A DNA stretch of 64,000 nucleotides from contig ML978129.1 of assembly GCA_010015805.1 (NCBI GenBank), positions 186,001 through 250,000 on the forward strand. The letters run 5' to 3'. The translations under genes and the position numbers were made by a program. The notes below the pieces were generated by a model. The model searched no databases. It was not told the DNA's origin and worked only from the letters and a program-made list of their open reading frames with translations. Below, piece after piece: positions 21,934-36,231 of this stretch (the stretch's first letter is position 1; every line of letters begins with the position of its first letter). The stretch is from Rhizodiscina lignyota. Taxonomy: Eukaryota.

Positions 21934-24621
21934 TCAAACAATAAGGTCTTCCACATCTGTCGACTCCCCAGTCTCGACGATAGCCCCGTATATCCGCACC
22001 GGGGCCTCGACCTCAAAGCTATCGCATTGCAGCCTTTCAATTGGGCTAAAGACGGCCCCTCGATGGTCCCTACTGACTTCGCCCAGCAGCTTAGGGAAAT
22101 CCAAGCGTATCTCGTGCTGCGCGCTCTTGTCCTTCTCCGGCTCTTCCATCTCACCCTCCTCATCATCTTCGTCCCCACCATCCCTCCTCACAACACTCCT
22201 CTTCCGAGTCTCCAATCTCGGCCCGATAAACTCAACACGCACCTTCCAAGCCACCCCCACACCCGTGGTAATAAACTCCGGCGCCGCGTTCCACGGCACC
22301 GCAAGACTAATCCCCACGCGCCTCGCGAACATGACATTCTCCGCACTATGTGCGTGTACCCTCCTCGTCACTCTCGCCACGCTTGCGGTACTGCGCAGCG
22401 CGAGCGCCGGGTCGATACTTTCGCTGCTCTCGAGCGAGACTGAGACGGCGTAGGTGGGTATGTCGGCGTTCGCGAAGTCGATGGAGGTGTGTATGGTCTC
22501 GCCGAGGCGGTACGACGGGCGCGCGAGGTTGATGACGGCAACGCGCTGGCCCGAGCGCGCGATCTCGAAGCGGATCGCGCCGCGGGAGGCACCGCTGTCT
22601 GTTGTTTGGTTGCTGCGGAGGATGGCGAAGTCGATCGCTTCTTTCATGGTGGTGGGTTCGTCGAGGGAGGAGCGGCGGCGGTGGCTAGGGACTTCTGCTG
22701 TGGGGGAAAGGAGGGCGGATGGTGGGCCGGAGCCTGTTTCGGATTTGGAGAGGAGGTGGGTAATGTAGCCGGTGAAATCGGAAAGGGATGAGTCTGGTGG
22801 TTTTGATGTCCCGTTGGGTTGTTTTGCGCTTTTTACGACAGATGGGTCTATGATGCTGGCGGTGCGGGCTTGGTCACGGAGAAGGATGTACGGGCTCATG
22901 AGGTCGTGTCCGAGGATTTCGCCTTGGCCTGGCCATCTTCTTAGTCTATGGTGGTTTAGGATCGGACGAAAGACTTACTGTTGACGCCGCCAAGCACGCG
23001 GAAAGGGACATCCACGGACTTGACATGTTGCCGCTCCTGCGCAGTACCCGGTCTCTGCATCCCTATCGTCAACTGATAGGAGATTTTGATAGCTCTTCCT
23101 TTATGACTGGGTGGTAACCCCCGCGGGAGCTTGAAGGTATATGAATAACTCCTGTTCTCGCCAGGTCCGAGTCTTAAGTCGACGAATAGGATGGATTGAG
23201 GTGTAGACAGTAGCGGTATCGACTTCGAACTGGCGATGCCTCGCATCTCTTTGATGCTGCTAAGCTCTCCGCCACCAAGGATACCGCTGAGAGACTCCCC
23301 AATATTGCCCCATCCTAATGCCCCGAAGAGCCCGCTCTCTCGTTTTGAGCGCTCGACGCCGACAACACCGCCGCCGCCGTGGCCACCAACAATGCCTTTC
23401 CTTTTGACTTCTTCAAACGGTGCCTGATTTACTAATGACCCATCAACTATGAAGGAACCCATGATTTGCGCATAGCCCATCATAAGTGTCTCAGGAGAAC
23501 TTCTCAATTGGGGTACTCGTTGGGAGCCCGACCTCTTGAGCGGTTCCGGCCTAGTGAACCATCTATTCGTTGGTTGTTGTATATACTCTGATGCCAATGT
23601 CTCGCTCGAATTGTTCGTTTGCGAATATATGTCCATACTACTTCTTGGAGTTCCATTGACACTGGTATCAGAGAGTATCCGCGCGACCTGTCTCACAGGT
23701 TCTGGCGTGCCCTCTGGTGGTCTCGGCGAATGGGAGCGGAAGTTCGGTCGCACTGTCATGGGACTGACTGCTGAATCGGGCTCAATTGGCGTATCTAGAT
23801 GCTCAGTCGTGGACGGTCTCGGTGGCTGTTGAGGGAATGTGAAGTCTGACGCTGGAGACTCCCTGCTTGAAGGTAGTCTTGGTGATGGTCTCTGCGACCT
23901 TGGTGATCTTCGAGCATCTCGAGCAATTGGGAAGGGATATTCGTTCGGCTGGCCAGCGGTTGATGAGGCAGAAGGAGAGGAACCTCGTAACAAAGGCGAA
24001 GGCTGCTTCGGCGACGTCGCTTCGATACAATTAGCATGTCAGATAGCCTTCCATGAATCCAATCATACCACTCAATTGATTCCCACTGCTCTTTATCCCC
24101 GGAATCTGCACACTCGCCGCCCTCGCATGCCCACGCATCATCCTCTGATCCATCCCACCACCACGCACCTCCGGCACATCAGTCCCTAGAGACAAAATCG
24201 ACAGCGTTCTGCCGTGCTTTGGCCTCGCCACCGCCGTCGGGATCTGCGCATTCTGCACCGTCCCACCAGGCCCCGATACTGCTCTCACAGTGCCATTGCC
24301 ATCCTTCGCCGTGCTCAGACTCAGCGCCTGCCTGTGCCCTCCACCTCCACCTCCCTTCCCATTTAGACTCGTATGTCTCGTCAATCCTGGCCGCTGTGCC
24401 AGCGCCCCGCTCGTCGGCGGATGCTTCCTCGCTCTTGCGCGCTCGCTGTTCACGGCCCTGCTCGGCGCATCCCAATTCGGCTCATTAAAGCGGCTAGGGA
24501 GCGGCGACGGCGCGGAAGGGGCCGCGATGTTGGTGAATGTTATCGTGGCCTCGACGTCCTCGCCGGCGAATACTGTGGCCTGCTTCCAGTGCACCGAGAC
24601 GCGGATGTTCGAGGGTGGCAT
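21934..24621 (-). CDS. RGP1: Rgp1 (Ric1-Rgp1 Ypt6 GEF subunit), 2 introns
   Basis: TVFAGEDVEATITFTN, LMMGYAQIMGSF, PLLSTPQSILFVDLRL, LPPSHKG, RPSYRLGE; three ORF pieces joinable by GT-AG introns. Confidence 0.9.
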
Positions 24622-25528
24622 TGCGGGTGCGGATGCGGATGGTCGCCGCGGAGGAGATTGTGGAGGGTCATGGAGGTTCGTGAACGGCGTATCTACATTG
24701 GAGGGAAGGAGTGAGTATTATTGGCGCGAGAGGAATTCTGTGGAAATGTGTGGGCCGAGTGCGCGGTGCATCAATTAAGTCTTACATGCTGTCTCGCGCG
24801 GTTCGAAGCTCTCGACGCGAATAGGAGAGTATAGTTATAATGTCAAGCTGTGGATCTGATATCTACTCGTACTCGTAACCGTGCCTCGAGTTCCCCTTTT
24901 CAAGGAGCCGTCGACGGAAATCCTAGGTTGGTTGAATTTACAATTCCCAAATCTGGAGAGGTTCATGCCCTTATGAACTTCCCGGGAGTTCACTGTAAAC
25001 TTGGAGACGGAGTCTTCTCGGCTGCCAGCTTCGAACATAGTTCGCTTGCGATTTCGTGCTCGGCTAAGGAAGGCTTACTTGAATAGTCTCGACATTATAA
25101 CTTTTAGCGACTCGGCTGGGTTGTCGAAACGTCACTGACACAAGGATCTGGCTGCACGTTTATACTCTCCTTACTCCTTCACTTTTGCAATGAGAATTGA
25201 GATAGCTTGATAAGAGAGCCATTTGGTCATCTGCCGTTCTATCGGAATGGAGAAATCCTGCCGATCTGCTTTTCTGTATCACCATCGAAACAAATGTGAG
25301 ACCTCATCATTTTCCGTCCTGAACTCCGGGGATATTCTTCCCTGTTTTCCTCAAAGTCATGAAAGTCCACAGAGCCTGCTTTAGTATATGCCACCACTGG
25401 ATAAGGAATTGAAGTGTATTCAAGTATGGAAAGAATCCCGAACGCCATCGATGTTCCACGAACTCCGATTTTCTACGTTGCAATCTGATTCTCGGTCTTC
25501 CTGTTTTGGTCGACTGAAAGAAGTGGCT

Positions 25529-26981
25529 TCAGCCAAAGAAATTCTCGTCTTCGTTTTCGTCTTCATCGGAATCATGTGGCGCAGACTGAAAGCTGGTCAG
25601 CGTCTTGCGGTCGTCATCGTCGCTGCTGTCGCTTTCGACGACTTCGGGTTTCTTCGTCTACTTTGTTGTCAGTATACGCCAAGAACTTGCTATATTTCTT
25701 TAAGCAACTCACCTCGGAGCGGACTTTAGGAAAGCGTGCCCGGCTTCCCGTTTCGGTTGCTGACGACTTGACGTTGTTAGCAACCGATGGCGGAGCTCTG
25801 AGCACAGGTCCTCCGGCGCCATATGACGGACGAGGAAAACCTGATGTACCACGAAACTGGTCACTCTGCAGGGAACTGCCACTACCCTGGACGGAGATGC
25901 TGCTGCTGCTAGAAGGACTATGGCTAACTCCACCGTTGCTACTAAATGGACCAGTACCCTGCCCAATGTGCCTTCCAAGACTTAAGAACGCATTCAAGTC
26001 CATTGCCTGGTCTTCTCTGGAGTCACCTGAGGGACCAATGCCAGGCTGATTGTTCCTACCAGGAATTTGGGATCCATCTATGTCCGCAGTTCTGGTTCCA
26101 CTGGGCCGACCATACGGCGAAGATGCAGCGTTAGAACTGCCGTAGATGCTAGACGAACTCGAGAAATTGTTACTGGCATCCCACTTGGCGGATGAGGTGG
26201 CAGGGCGGCCCATCGTAACTCCGCCAGACTGACCGTTGGTGGTGTTCATCGAGGTCGAGTCACGGGATGTGGAAGTTCCATTAAGAGAAAGATTGCGAAC
26301 GCCACTGTCGATGCTCCTGGAATCCTGTAGTACTATCAGTTCAGGCTCTTGCTCCTGGATTTCTGGGGAAGGGACTGACGTCTGTGACCGAGTTGGTCTC
26401 AGTCGCGCCGTCATCATCCTCCTCGTCATCATCGTCGTTGTTGGTTTTGCTGTCCCGTGCAATCTCACCGGTGGTCTGGATTGTGGTCCTCTTGTTCATG
26501 CACTTCTTGCAATACTGGGTGATGTCAGTATCAGATGGCTTCTTCGGATACAGCATCGTTCTTACCGCATTGTCGGGATCCTTCCTGTGAGTTTTGGAAA
26601 AGTCGTCCAGGCCCATCATCTTGTTGTGCCCCTTGCAGAACATCTCGACTACCTGGGAGGGTGTGCATTCGATGCACTTGATTGAGCACGTCGAGAGAGC
26701 TGTTTGGAGACTTTTGGCCTTGACCTGCAATTTCAGTGAATTCATTTGCTTTTTGGAGAAGGCGGCCTCCGGCTTCAACTTCTGACAAGGTCCCCAGCAT
26801 TTGAGCCTGCGTACGAGATTAGACTTCAGTGAACACCGTCGAATGATCAAGAAACTTACTTAGCAGGCACAGAGACGTTATCGAGCCTGTCGCAAAAGTC
26901 AGTATATTTTGTTCTCACATTTGAATAGAAAGGTTTCACGAACGAGCGCGAACTGAAGTCGTTCTGCCAATAGGGCGCCAT
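25529..26981 (-). CDS. Stc1-domain (tandem zinc finger) protein with long disordered Ser/Gly-rich tail, ~5 introns
   Basis: CWGPCQKLKPEAAFSKKQ...CIEC...MFCKGHNK...FSKTHR...YCKKC pattern; exons join through canonical splice sites to an acidic C-terminus DEDENEDENFFG*. Confidence 0.78.
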
Positions 26982-27722
26982 TTTGACTTTGGTTGTGGTT
27001 GATTATCACTTGGCGGTTGGTGTGTTGGATGAGAAGTGCAAAGAAGTTTAGAGGTTGAAGGTGATGAAGAGTGTTGAAGAAGAAGTGGGAAGAAGGCAGA
27101 AGCGCAGCTTTTATCACCGCGGCGGGAAGAGAAGGCGTATGACGTCGCCTCGACGAGGGGCGAAGTCAATCGATTGAGGCTGCTTCAGTGAAGCTTTGTG
27201 AAAACTCCAGTTGTAGAGTGAAGTAGAACCGAAGTCAGCCAGGTGATTGAGCACGGGGCCTTTCAATTGAAGTAGAAGTTGTGCGCATTCGGGGCCATTG
27301 AAACAATAAGAAGAAGTAGAAGGCAAGGCTTTGCCTGAAGAAGAGTGTTTGATCTTGTGGTGGTGAGGTCGGGTTTGGGATATTGGAGAGGATGAGTGAA
27401 AGCAATAGCGATGCCGCCCAGGGAAGCTGTAGGGTAGTTGTCCTGTGGTAGTTTCCCTTTGCTTTGGAAGTGAGGAGAGTTCAGGTTCCAGCCGATGTTG
27501 GAAGATGTTGGAAAGGTTAAGTGGCCTGAGGGTGATGTGGAGGTTAATATAGGCGCAGGCGTCAATGGCGAGGGAGGAAAGTGCGCTTGTGCAGGCAGAA
27601 TCACAGACGGAGCAGGAGCGCACCGAAGGTGTACTCTTCCGAGAACCGGAAGCATGTGAATCCAAGTGAAAGAGATCTGATACAGGATAGCAATTGGGGT
27701 ATCAACTTAACGCAAAGTGCAG

Positions 27723-30700
27723 CTATGATACAATCTCCACGCCGCGGAATCCCAAGCCCATCGCCTCTCCCCCAAACTTCGCCTTCATCGGCCACGCATC
27801 CAGCGCCAGCAGCTCCTGCTCCGACAATTGGTACTGCGGCGTCATCTTCTTGGGCTGCCACTTGAGCTTCTTCTCCTGCGGCTCCAGCTTGATCATCTTT
27901 GCCGTGGACGGCAGACTGGTCAATCTGTCCAGCCACTCAAAGCCCTCGCGCTTGATTTCAGCGACCTTTTGCTTCTGCTCTCTGGGCGGTACAAGCGGCG
28001 TGCTGAGCCAGGCTGTATTGGCCGCCTCCTCTTCGCGTTGCTTCCGTCTCGCCACGTCTTTGAGGTATTTGATCGCCACTTCCAGATGCTTAACTTGAGA
28101 CTTGAGAGAATCCATCTCCCTTAACGACCCGACAGGCAAATCTCCAGCCCTCACACTACCTTGTGTCGCATCACTGACCTTCACCTCCGCTGCTGCGGTC
28201 TTCCACTTGTCTCGGTCAGCCTGCACCTCCTCCATCTCCCTCATCTGCTTGTCCACCTCATCAACCATGTCCTTGAGCCTTGTCTTACCGTCCTCAACAG
28301 CCTTCTCCAACTCCACAATGCGATTGACCTTCATACCAGCATCACGCATCCTGCTCTCGAGGTGTTCAATCTTGAGACCAGCCTCCTCAAGGTTCTGATC
28401 GCGAAGCTTAAGCTGCGTTGCCCGCTCGTGAACCTCATCCTTGAGTCGCCGAATCTCTTCTTGCGCATCGACGGAGATAAGCTTGCTATCTTGCAGTTCT
28501 TTGGAGCGAAGGACCCATGGCGCTGGTGTGCGTTCGAACTCGGTGGTCATGTCGAGGTCTGAGGCCATGCTATTCAGATCTGCGAGGCGCTCCGTCAAAG
28601 CGCGCAACTTGAATGTGAAAGTTGAGAAGACCTCGCTTTCCGAGGTGCTAAAAGATGTGTCTGCTACGCGTCTCATGGTTGGCAGTACATCTCCAAGCCC
28701 AGCAGGCTCCGTCCTACCCTCTTCGTGGAGCAGATTAAAGAGGCTCTGGCCCAACTTTCGAGCATACGCCGCGAGATCTTCAGTTGAGTTCCGGCCGTCG
28801 TCGAAGGATTCTACCGTATTAGGCTGAAGCGACAGAGACCTTGCCTTCATCTCTTGCAATGATCGAAGGGTTTTGCTGACGATGACTCTTGCGCTGCGAG
28901 AGAACGCAATCATCTCTTCCGTCCTGTCAGCGAGCAAATTGACCTCGTCCGTATCATCATCGGCAGCATGTGGAATAGCCAACAGTATAGCAACCTTAGC
29001 ATTCTGAAGCGCAGCAGCTGTGCTTTCGAGGTGGCTCTGCATCAGTTGAGTCTTCATGAGGACTTCATCTGCGTAGCTCTCCAGTCCTTCGCGGAGATGG
29101 ATTTCGGAAAGATGGGACATGACAGCAATTGATCTAGTTTCACGTTAGAAGGTTCAAGGGGAAAGATTTCAAATAAACGTACCGTTCCAGGCCCTCAGCA
29201 ACTTGATCCTCCTGCAACTCATCCTTCTTCAAAAGCTCAATATACCCATTTAAAGTCCTCTCAACAGGCTCCACTTCGTACAGAGCACCCTCAAACCGTG
29301 CAAATTGCTCTAGAGAGCAGCCCGAGATGCTGTTTACGAATCGGTCGCACATTGTCGATATCCACACTAGTTGATCCATAGCATGGCAAGCATAGAAAAC
29401 GTGCTCCCCAGCAGCGGCGCCACCATCTTGCGCAACAACTCTGTCGCGGACGAAGTTGTGCAGCATCCGCGCTTTGAACGCAACCCTCTTGAAACGCAGC
29501 AGTGCAAGAACTGAATCGCGCTCCGCATGGAATGTGTCCGGCAAAAAGAGCTGTACGATCGCCAAGTGCTCCGCCGCTTCCTGTGCTTCCATCTTCCGCA
29601 GCTCCATCTCGATCGTCTTCACCCTTGTATTTGTTGCTGATGCTTGAAGTTGTCTGTTCAGGTCCATCATCGCGCGAGACCTACTGTCTAGAGCTTGTGC
29701 TTCCGTCTCAGTGATCTCCTTCGAGGCGCGCATGTCTTCCAGGTCCGCCTGCAAATTGGTTACGAGTTCTCTGAACCTGCTAAGTGTGTATTCCTGATCG
29801 CTCAGGGTCTCGTCCTGTTGAGCAGCTCTCCTTGCCGCTTCTGCAATGAGATTGTCTTTGTAGTCGATAGCATCCTGGAGTTGCTTTTCATGCTCCACAT
29901 GGTTGACCTCGAGTTCATCGTTCAACTCCTTGAGACTCTCAAGGTCCTCGATTGTGGCTCGTAGCTCTTCCAGTTGCTCTCCCAAAGCAAGATTGCGCTC
30001 CGTGAGTTGTTCAATTAAGTCGTCGGCTCCCATTGCGGCCTCGAGCTGTTGTCGCAGGTCTTCGATGTCTGCTTCGCATTCTAGTAGTTTCGCCTTAGTA
30101 TCGTCGTACTGAGTCTTAACGACGGAGAAGTCTTTGACATCCTCTTCCAAGCTCAGGATTTCATCGCGTAACTGCGACTCCTGTTCCTGAGACATGTCCC
30201 TCAGCCGCAACAACGCTTCTCGCAAACGTTCATTCTCGCGTTCCATTTGTAACCAGCCTTGGCTTGTCCTCTCTTCTGGACTCATATCCTTGCCAAGCTC
30301 CAAATTTTCATCCCTCAGAATTTCATTCTCTAGTTCCACTTCTTCCAGCCGCGATTTTACGGCATCAAGCTCCGTCCTGTATACTTCCGCTTTCTCCTCT
30401 GCCATCTCTCGATCCAGCGTCGCCATCTCCATGATCGAATCATGTTCCGCTTGTATGCCCTCAATCTGCTGGAATTTGCTTTCCGACTCCTTTAGCTGCT
30501 TCTTCAACTCCACAACCTCCTGCTGCTGCGGCTGGTACTTGGATTGCAGCTTCTGAATGATCATCTCAAATCTGTCCCTTTCTTCTTGTAGCTTCTCCAG
30601 TGTCTTGAGGCGCTCCCTGTCTTCCAGCCTCTTTTTCTCCATGACTCGCAGCTTCGTTTGCAGGTCTTCTACTTCCTTGCTCGAAGTTGCTGGCGTTCTT

Positions 30701-31476
30701 GGCGTCGTACTTAACGCCGCGGTCCTCGCAGTGGGTGTCAGGGGTGCAGTGAGACCGCGTGTGGGGGATGGTGATTTGATCGGGCTTCCTCTGGTTGCTG
30801 AGGCAGGACTAAGGATACGGCTGGGCGTCGCAACGGAACCAACAATAGACAATCGTGAGCCAGATGTGGTGCCTGTCTGTCGAAGGCCGGCTAGCCCAGA
30901 GGGTCCAAGTGATTTCCGTGCTGCTGTAGGTGGAGGTTTGGAAGCTGGTGCACCCGAAATGGATGTGGGTCGAATAGACGATTGTCTTCGTGCTGCCGTT
31001 GCAGCCGCAGTAGGAGTTGGCGCCATTGAGACTCTCTTTGATGCTCCTGTCGAGCTGTCCCTTGAACTAGAAGGACCAGCAAGAGAGCTTCGTTTCGATG
31101 CTGCTGCACTCAAACTTGGGCGTGGTCTACTGCTGGGCCCTACAACACTAGATGGTCGTGATGAGACACTTGAAGGCCGTGACTTCGCTGGGGGAGGACC
31201 CATTGGCTTCCCATTAGCCAGTTTAGTCGGTGACCTAGGAGCTGGCTGCTGCACAATTCTGACAATGCTCGAAGGCCGTAGGAACATGCCATGCCCAGGC
31301 TCACAGTCAAAGTATCTTTCACCCTGCACGGAGCCATCGTTTTTGCCAGACGAATCCTCAAACTCCACGCCCACCCATTCGCCTGTCTGAAAGGAGGTCT
31401 CCCCAACAAAGCGAATGGTTGCGACACGGCCATCGTTGAGCTCGATGCTCTGCCCTATTTTGTAATTTGTGGCCAT
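27723..31476 (-). CDS. NIP100: Dynactin p150Glued subunit (ro-3/nudM/NIP100 orthologue); intron 29134-29182
   Basis: CAP-Gly GEWVGVE...GKNDGSVQGERYF, basic Ser/Pro region, coiled coil with EMATLDREMAEE. Confidence 0.95.
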
Positions 31477-32081
31477 GATGATTGCTCTCGTCGATTAAGG
31501 ATGGGACGAAAGTGATCGAGAAGCTATCGACGTGAACGTAGCTATGCAGCTCCCAAACGCAAGCATTGCTTTGGGCGCCTCGAAGGGGACGATCGAGGTA
31601 GGAATGGATAGATGGAGGCGGCACCGAAGTATTGGCCGCCTGAGGTACGAAGAATGGCGAGCGTATGAGGTGATGATGGTTTGTTTAGTTGTCTAGTCCA
31701 ACTTCACCTGACAATGGCTCGACGCGCCTTGAATGGCTCGTGCACTCTTCCGCACGTGGCGTGCAGTAAGGAGGATTTGTAGCCGGAGATTTTCTAACCC
31801 TCCCTATCAGCTGCAATCCCGCCAGAGCAAATCGATAAATCTCCGCGAGTTTGATATGAGGTGGAGTCTGCTTGATTAATTCCCGACGTGGAGATGTTAC
31901 AATTCTTTATTAAACTTACAATGTACTGACTATGCTGACGAGTGTGACTAGGTTGCAGAAAAGTCACTTGCACAACCCGCTCATTTGCAACGCTTGAACG
32001 GAATGAAAAAGCTTATGAGGCCATTGATGTGCACTACAATGCATTATCCCATCTTTCTTTCACGAACTCCGAAAAGATTCT

Positions 32082-32995
32082 TTATATGCAGTCCCCATAG
32101 ACTTCAGCTGTCGAGTTCTTAACATGCTGTTTCAACCCACCATGGCCGCACAGGAGTGCCTTAACAAATGCTGCCGCCACATAGTCAGCTCCCTCGCTGC
32201 TCGTATGCACGTTGTCGATCTGGTAGCATGACTCCACTGTCGTCTTCCCCAAGAGGTGGTATGCATGTCCAGTGTATAATCCGTGATCCACAAACGTAGC
32301 TCGAATGGAATCCGCGCTCTCTTTGGAATACCAGACGAATGGGCTCGGAGTATAGCGAAAGTACCCCGACGCATGGTCATTATTAGGGGTCTGGCTGCTA
32401 ATGATCACATTCGCTCCTTTGGCCATGAACATCATTCCTGCTGTTTCGATGTAGTAATTGAAGCTATACGCGACTTCAGGCTTTCCATCATAAACCGTGT
32501 AGCAGGTCTCCGCTCCGTCACCAGGGCAATCAGTGCGACCGTTATCAACGGGAACGAGACTGCCACCATCGTTGTGCCCGAATTCGATGATGACCCAATC
32601 GCCGGGCTTGACAACATCTGCAATTTCCTGGAAACGTCCTTCGTTCGTGTAGCTGCGGGCCGAGCGGCCAGAGATTGCAGCATTGATGACGGGAATGTTG
32701 AGCGAGTATTGCAAAAAGACTCCCCATCCTAGTTCCGTGAGTAATGAATGATGATCAGGGAGTAGCATACTTACCCTCTGTTGGCGGATGGGTACCGGAT
32801 CGTCCGCCTGAAGGGGTGTGAACAGATGTCTTTGCAAGGGTGGATCTTACACGAGGGAATACTTTGTATACCTTTGGCCATGGTAGAATCTCCTGCCAGA
32901 TACACCGTCGGCATCGCAGGAGTCGGACTGGAGTTTGCCGGTCCAGCCAAGAGTAATATGAGGCAGAGCAGCGATGGTAACGTGAAGGATATCAT
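32082..32995 (-). CDS. Secreted rhamnogalacturonan acetylesterase (CE12, SGNH hydrolase), 2 introns
   Basis: Signal peptide, TVYLAGDSTMA, GWG, AISGRSARSY, EFGHNDGG, DNVHTS. Confidence 0.92.
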
Positions 32996-33635
32996 TGTCG
33001 AAAATGGGTTGATATTGTGGACAATTTTGAAGAATGATGAAATAGTCTTGGAGTAGATGAAATGGGGATCATGAAATAGGGTTTAGAGGCAGGATGGAGA
33101 AGAAATGCGGTCTTAAATCTTGGGATGCTAGATTGGTTTTGTTCAACGGCGGTGAAAGTCATGTGAAAGCACGGAAGTATTTTGCCCAATGCCGGGCTCT
33201 GTGGTTGGAATACATCACTACGCGTACCTGCAGCGCGCCCTGACATTGTGTCCTGTTGGTTGCAGGCCTGCAAGTGGGCCTATTTCAATCAGGTGGAAGT
33301 CGCGTGCAGCGTTGGTCGGAGAGCCACAAGGCCTGGTGCGCATGTTGTGCGACTGAATTTCCTAATGGGAAGATGCAGGACAGAAATTCCAACAGTAAAT
33401 TGTGACTGCGCGTGGAGAAATGGAGAACTTGAACGATCTTATTCAAATCCTTCTTCCGAGTTAGAACTGGACTCGACATCTTAACAAGGGAGAGGCTATT
33501 CCCACGTCGTACTCCAAATCGAGAGACATTCGAACTCCGAATCTAAGCGCGCTTATATGATCGTTGCTTAACGCCTGACAATGCAATACTGGAGATTTCG
33601 TACGCAGCTCTATATTACAGTGGATTAGCTTTTCA

Positions 33636-35907
33636 CTAGGCCGTTAATTCTGCAATGCGCTGTTCGATATCAGGTATAGCGCGCAGTTGGAGGTCTAGTT
33701 CCTCCTTTTCACTGCAAGAGATATTAGCAAGTAACATTAACAATGCAGATTAATTTCGGAGAACATACTCTTCCAGCTGCAGTCTTCTTTCTGCATCAAG
33801 TTTCGTGAAGATGTAGTGGCCTTGCCCGTCGAATTGGAGAATATTGGTGTGATATTTCCACAAACTCCGGCGGTGGCTGACTGTCATGAGTGTGATTCCC
33901 AGCCTCTTAGCCTCTTCGTACATGACCCTTTCGATTTCAAGAGTCACACTGCTCGTGCATTCGTCCAAGATGGCGTATTTCGGAGCGTGGTAGAATAGCC
34001 TAGCCATAGCTACTCTCTGCTGCAAGCCTCCAGAAAGCACATCTGTCCACTCTTGCTCTGCGTCCCAACCACCGGGACGGTCGATAATGTGCTCAATTTC
34101 GACAACTGAAAGGATGCGATACAGGTCGGCATCTGTTACACCTTTGTCGCGCATTTCTCTTATGCCGTCTGGGTAGATAATCTGCTGGCGCAGCGTGCCA
34201 CGTGACAGATATGGTCTTTGTGGAATGTAAAAAATGTCTTCGAAGGGAGGTTTGCGCACGGTACCGCCATACACAGGCCATAAGCCTCCTAATATCCTGA
34301 ACAGACTTGACTTGCCACATCCGTTCGGTCCGACAATGAGTAAGTGATCACCGCGATGGACGGTGAAGTTTATGGCGCGAACCAATACATCGCCATTGGG
34401 GGAGACGATAGGTACATCGACGAATTCAATGTCCTCGCTCTCGAAGACTTGTCCTCGACCGCTTAGTACAGCGGCATTCTCATCTGTTCCCGCGGAGGAT
34501 ACGAGTTTCTTCTCAAAATGCCCAGCTTGAACATCATCTATTACGTCAAGGAGAGCGGACACACGAGAGGTGTAGCCGGCGAGCTCGGTAATCTCCTTGT
34601 AGGAAAACATCAGACGGCCAAATGCGTCGGATGAGCTAATGAGCATTCTTCGATTGGTGACGAAGCCTAGTCACTGTTAACTAATACGATAGATATAGGA
34701 CGATGAGAAGACTCACTCTCTGTTCGGTCGCCCATGTTACTGCTCACGGCCCCGCCTGGGACCTTGAAGAAGACGGGTACGCTGCAGAGCATCAGGCCTA
34801 GCGCTCCCCAGAAATACTTGATAACAAAATCCTCCATGACACCGTGGTAGAATCTCCTCCGTAATATGCGGTTGACGTGCTTGATCAATGTGAAATAGCC
34901 CTTGTCTAGCGTGTCTTTCTCCGCTTCCTGTCCATGATAGAGCGCTATCTCCTCACTATAGTCTATCAGGCGACTATGTTGGAACCGGAATTCACCTTCC
35001 AGCCTCGCCTCATCCGCAACGTATTTACCAAACGGTGGAGTGAGAGCGCGCATGACGCTTGCGGATAATTGGACGATGAGACTCATAAAGAAAAGACCCT
35101 CTCCACCGACGCTCCGTGATAAGCTCCAGTTATAGATGACCATGTCTAGTATTGGCTTCGCGAGGTTGGAGTACAGTTCGGCAAGAGAGTTGGAGAATTT
35201 GGAGACGTCGACAGTGATCAGCTGATCGGCGTTCTTGATTCGATCATCCAGGGCGGAGAGAGTGTAGAAGGTCATTTGTGAAAGGTACTTGTTGTGAATG
35301 TAATTCGTGAGGCGGGTCCGATATTGGAGTGAGAGTTTGCACTGGTGATACGAGAGCTACTTGGAGTTAGAGTCCACAGATAAATCTCAGAGCGGATATT
35401 TCGTACCATCGAGTTTGTGAATGTCGCAGGAATAGCCACTAGCATCCACCAGACCAGCCCGACGAGGAACTCCCTTCCCTTTCCTCGGACCAAATTGCTG
35501 ACGAGTTTACCGTCTAGCTCTGCGACGTATAGACTGAGCAGCGTCCTCAGCACCAAGAAGACGCTGTGGCTGATCAGAAGCCTCAACTCCTTGCTCTTCC
35601 ATCCTGGTATACATATCTTGAGCAATCGCAGGAGGTTCTTGAAGAACTCCCGGTTGATCTCAATCTTCTTTCTCTGTGTCGCCTCCCCCGCTCCAGAGCT
35701 GGTGACCGGTCGTTTTCGCTGCTCAGCCTGTCGAGCCGCAGCTGCCCTCTGTTCGGCTATAGCGCTATGGATCCGGTGTAGTAGCGCGACAAAGAGCGTC
35801 AAGTATACGGCTCGAGTGATTCTCGTCCGGTGCTTGAGGTACTGCGTCGTGAGCTGGTTGACGATGCGGGTGATGGACCGCTCCGCCAGCTTAGACTGAG
35901 CGGCCAT
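33636..35907 (-). CDS. PXA2: Peroxisomal ABC-D half transporter for acyl-CoA (PXA2-like), 3 introns
   Basis: [23 protein letters not shown], Walker [28 protein letters not shown]2 rather than PXA1 is judged from the N-terminus only. Confidence 0.88.
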
Positions 35908-36231
35908 GGTGGAATGTGCTGCTTGAGGGAGCTCAGTCGTTTGGTGCCGAAGTCATAGCTAGAAAGGCGGCGAAATTGAAGACATACACAAGCGCATGTG
36001 CTCTCGCGTCCAGCAAAGCTCGGCAGCTATGTATGACGACCGCATGTGATGGAGAGGGCAGGGATGTGGATGCGAACTAGGCTCACAGGAGATATCACCG
36101 ACCGGGCATTCGACTTCCGGTTTCGGCAAGCCCATGTGTATTGCAATATACTGGAGTCGCACAACAGATAACGGACATGCAGCCTTTTCAATTTCTTTCT
36201 CACAGGGTCAATTGTATTCCAGAAGCTCGAG

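Noticed and set aside
27114..27665. 183-aa minus-strand ORF between dynactin and the Stc1-domain gene
   Set aside because: Low-complexity CT-rich UTR/promoter-like sequence with no protein features
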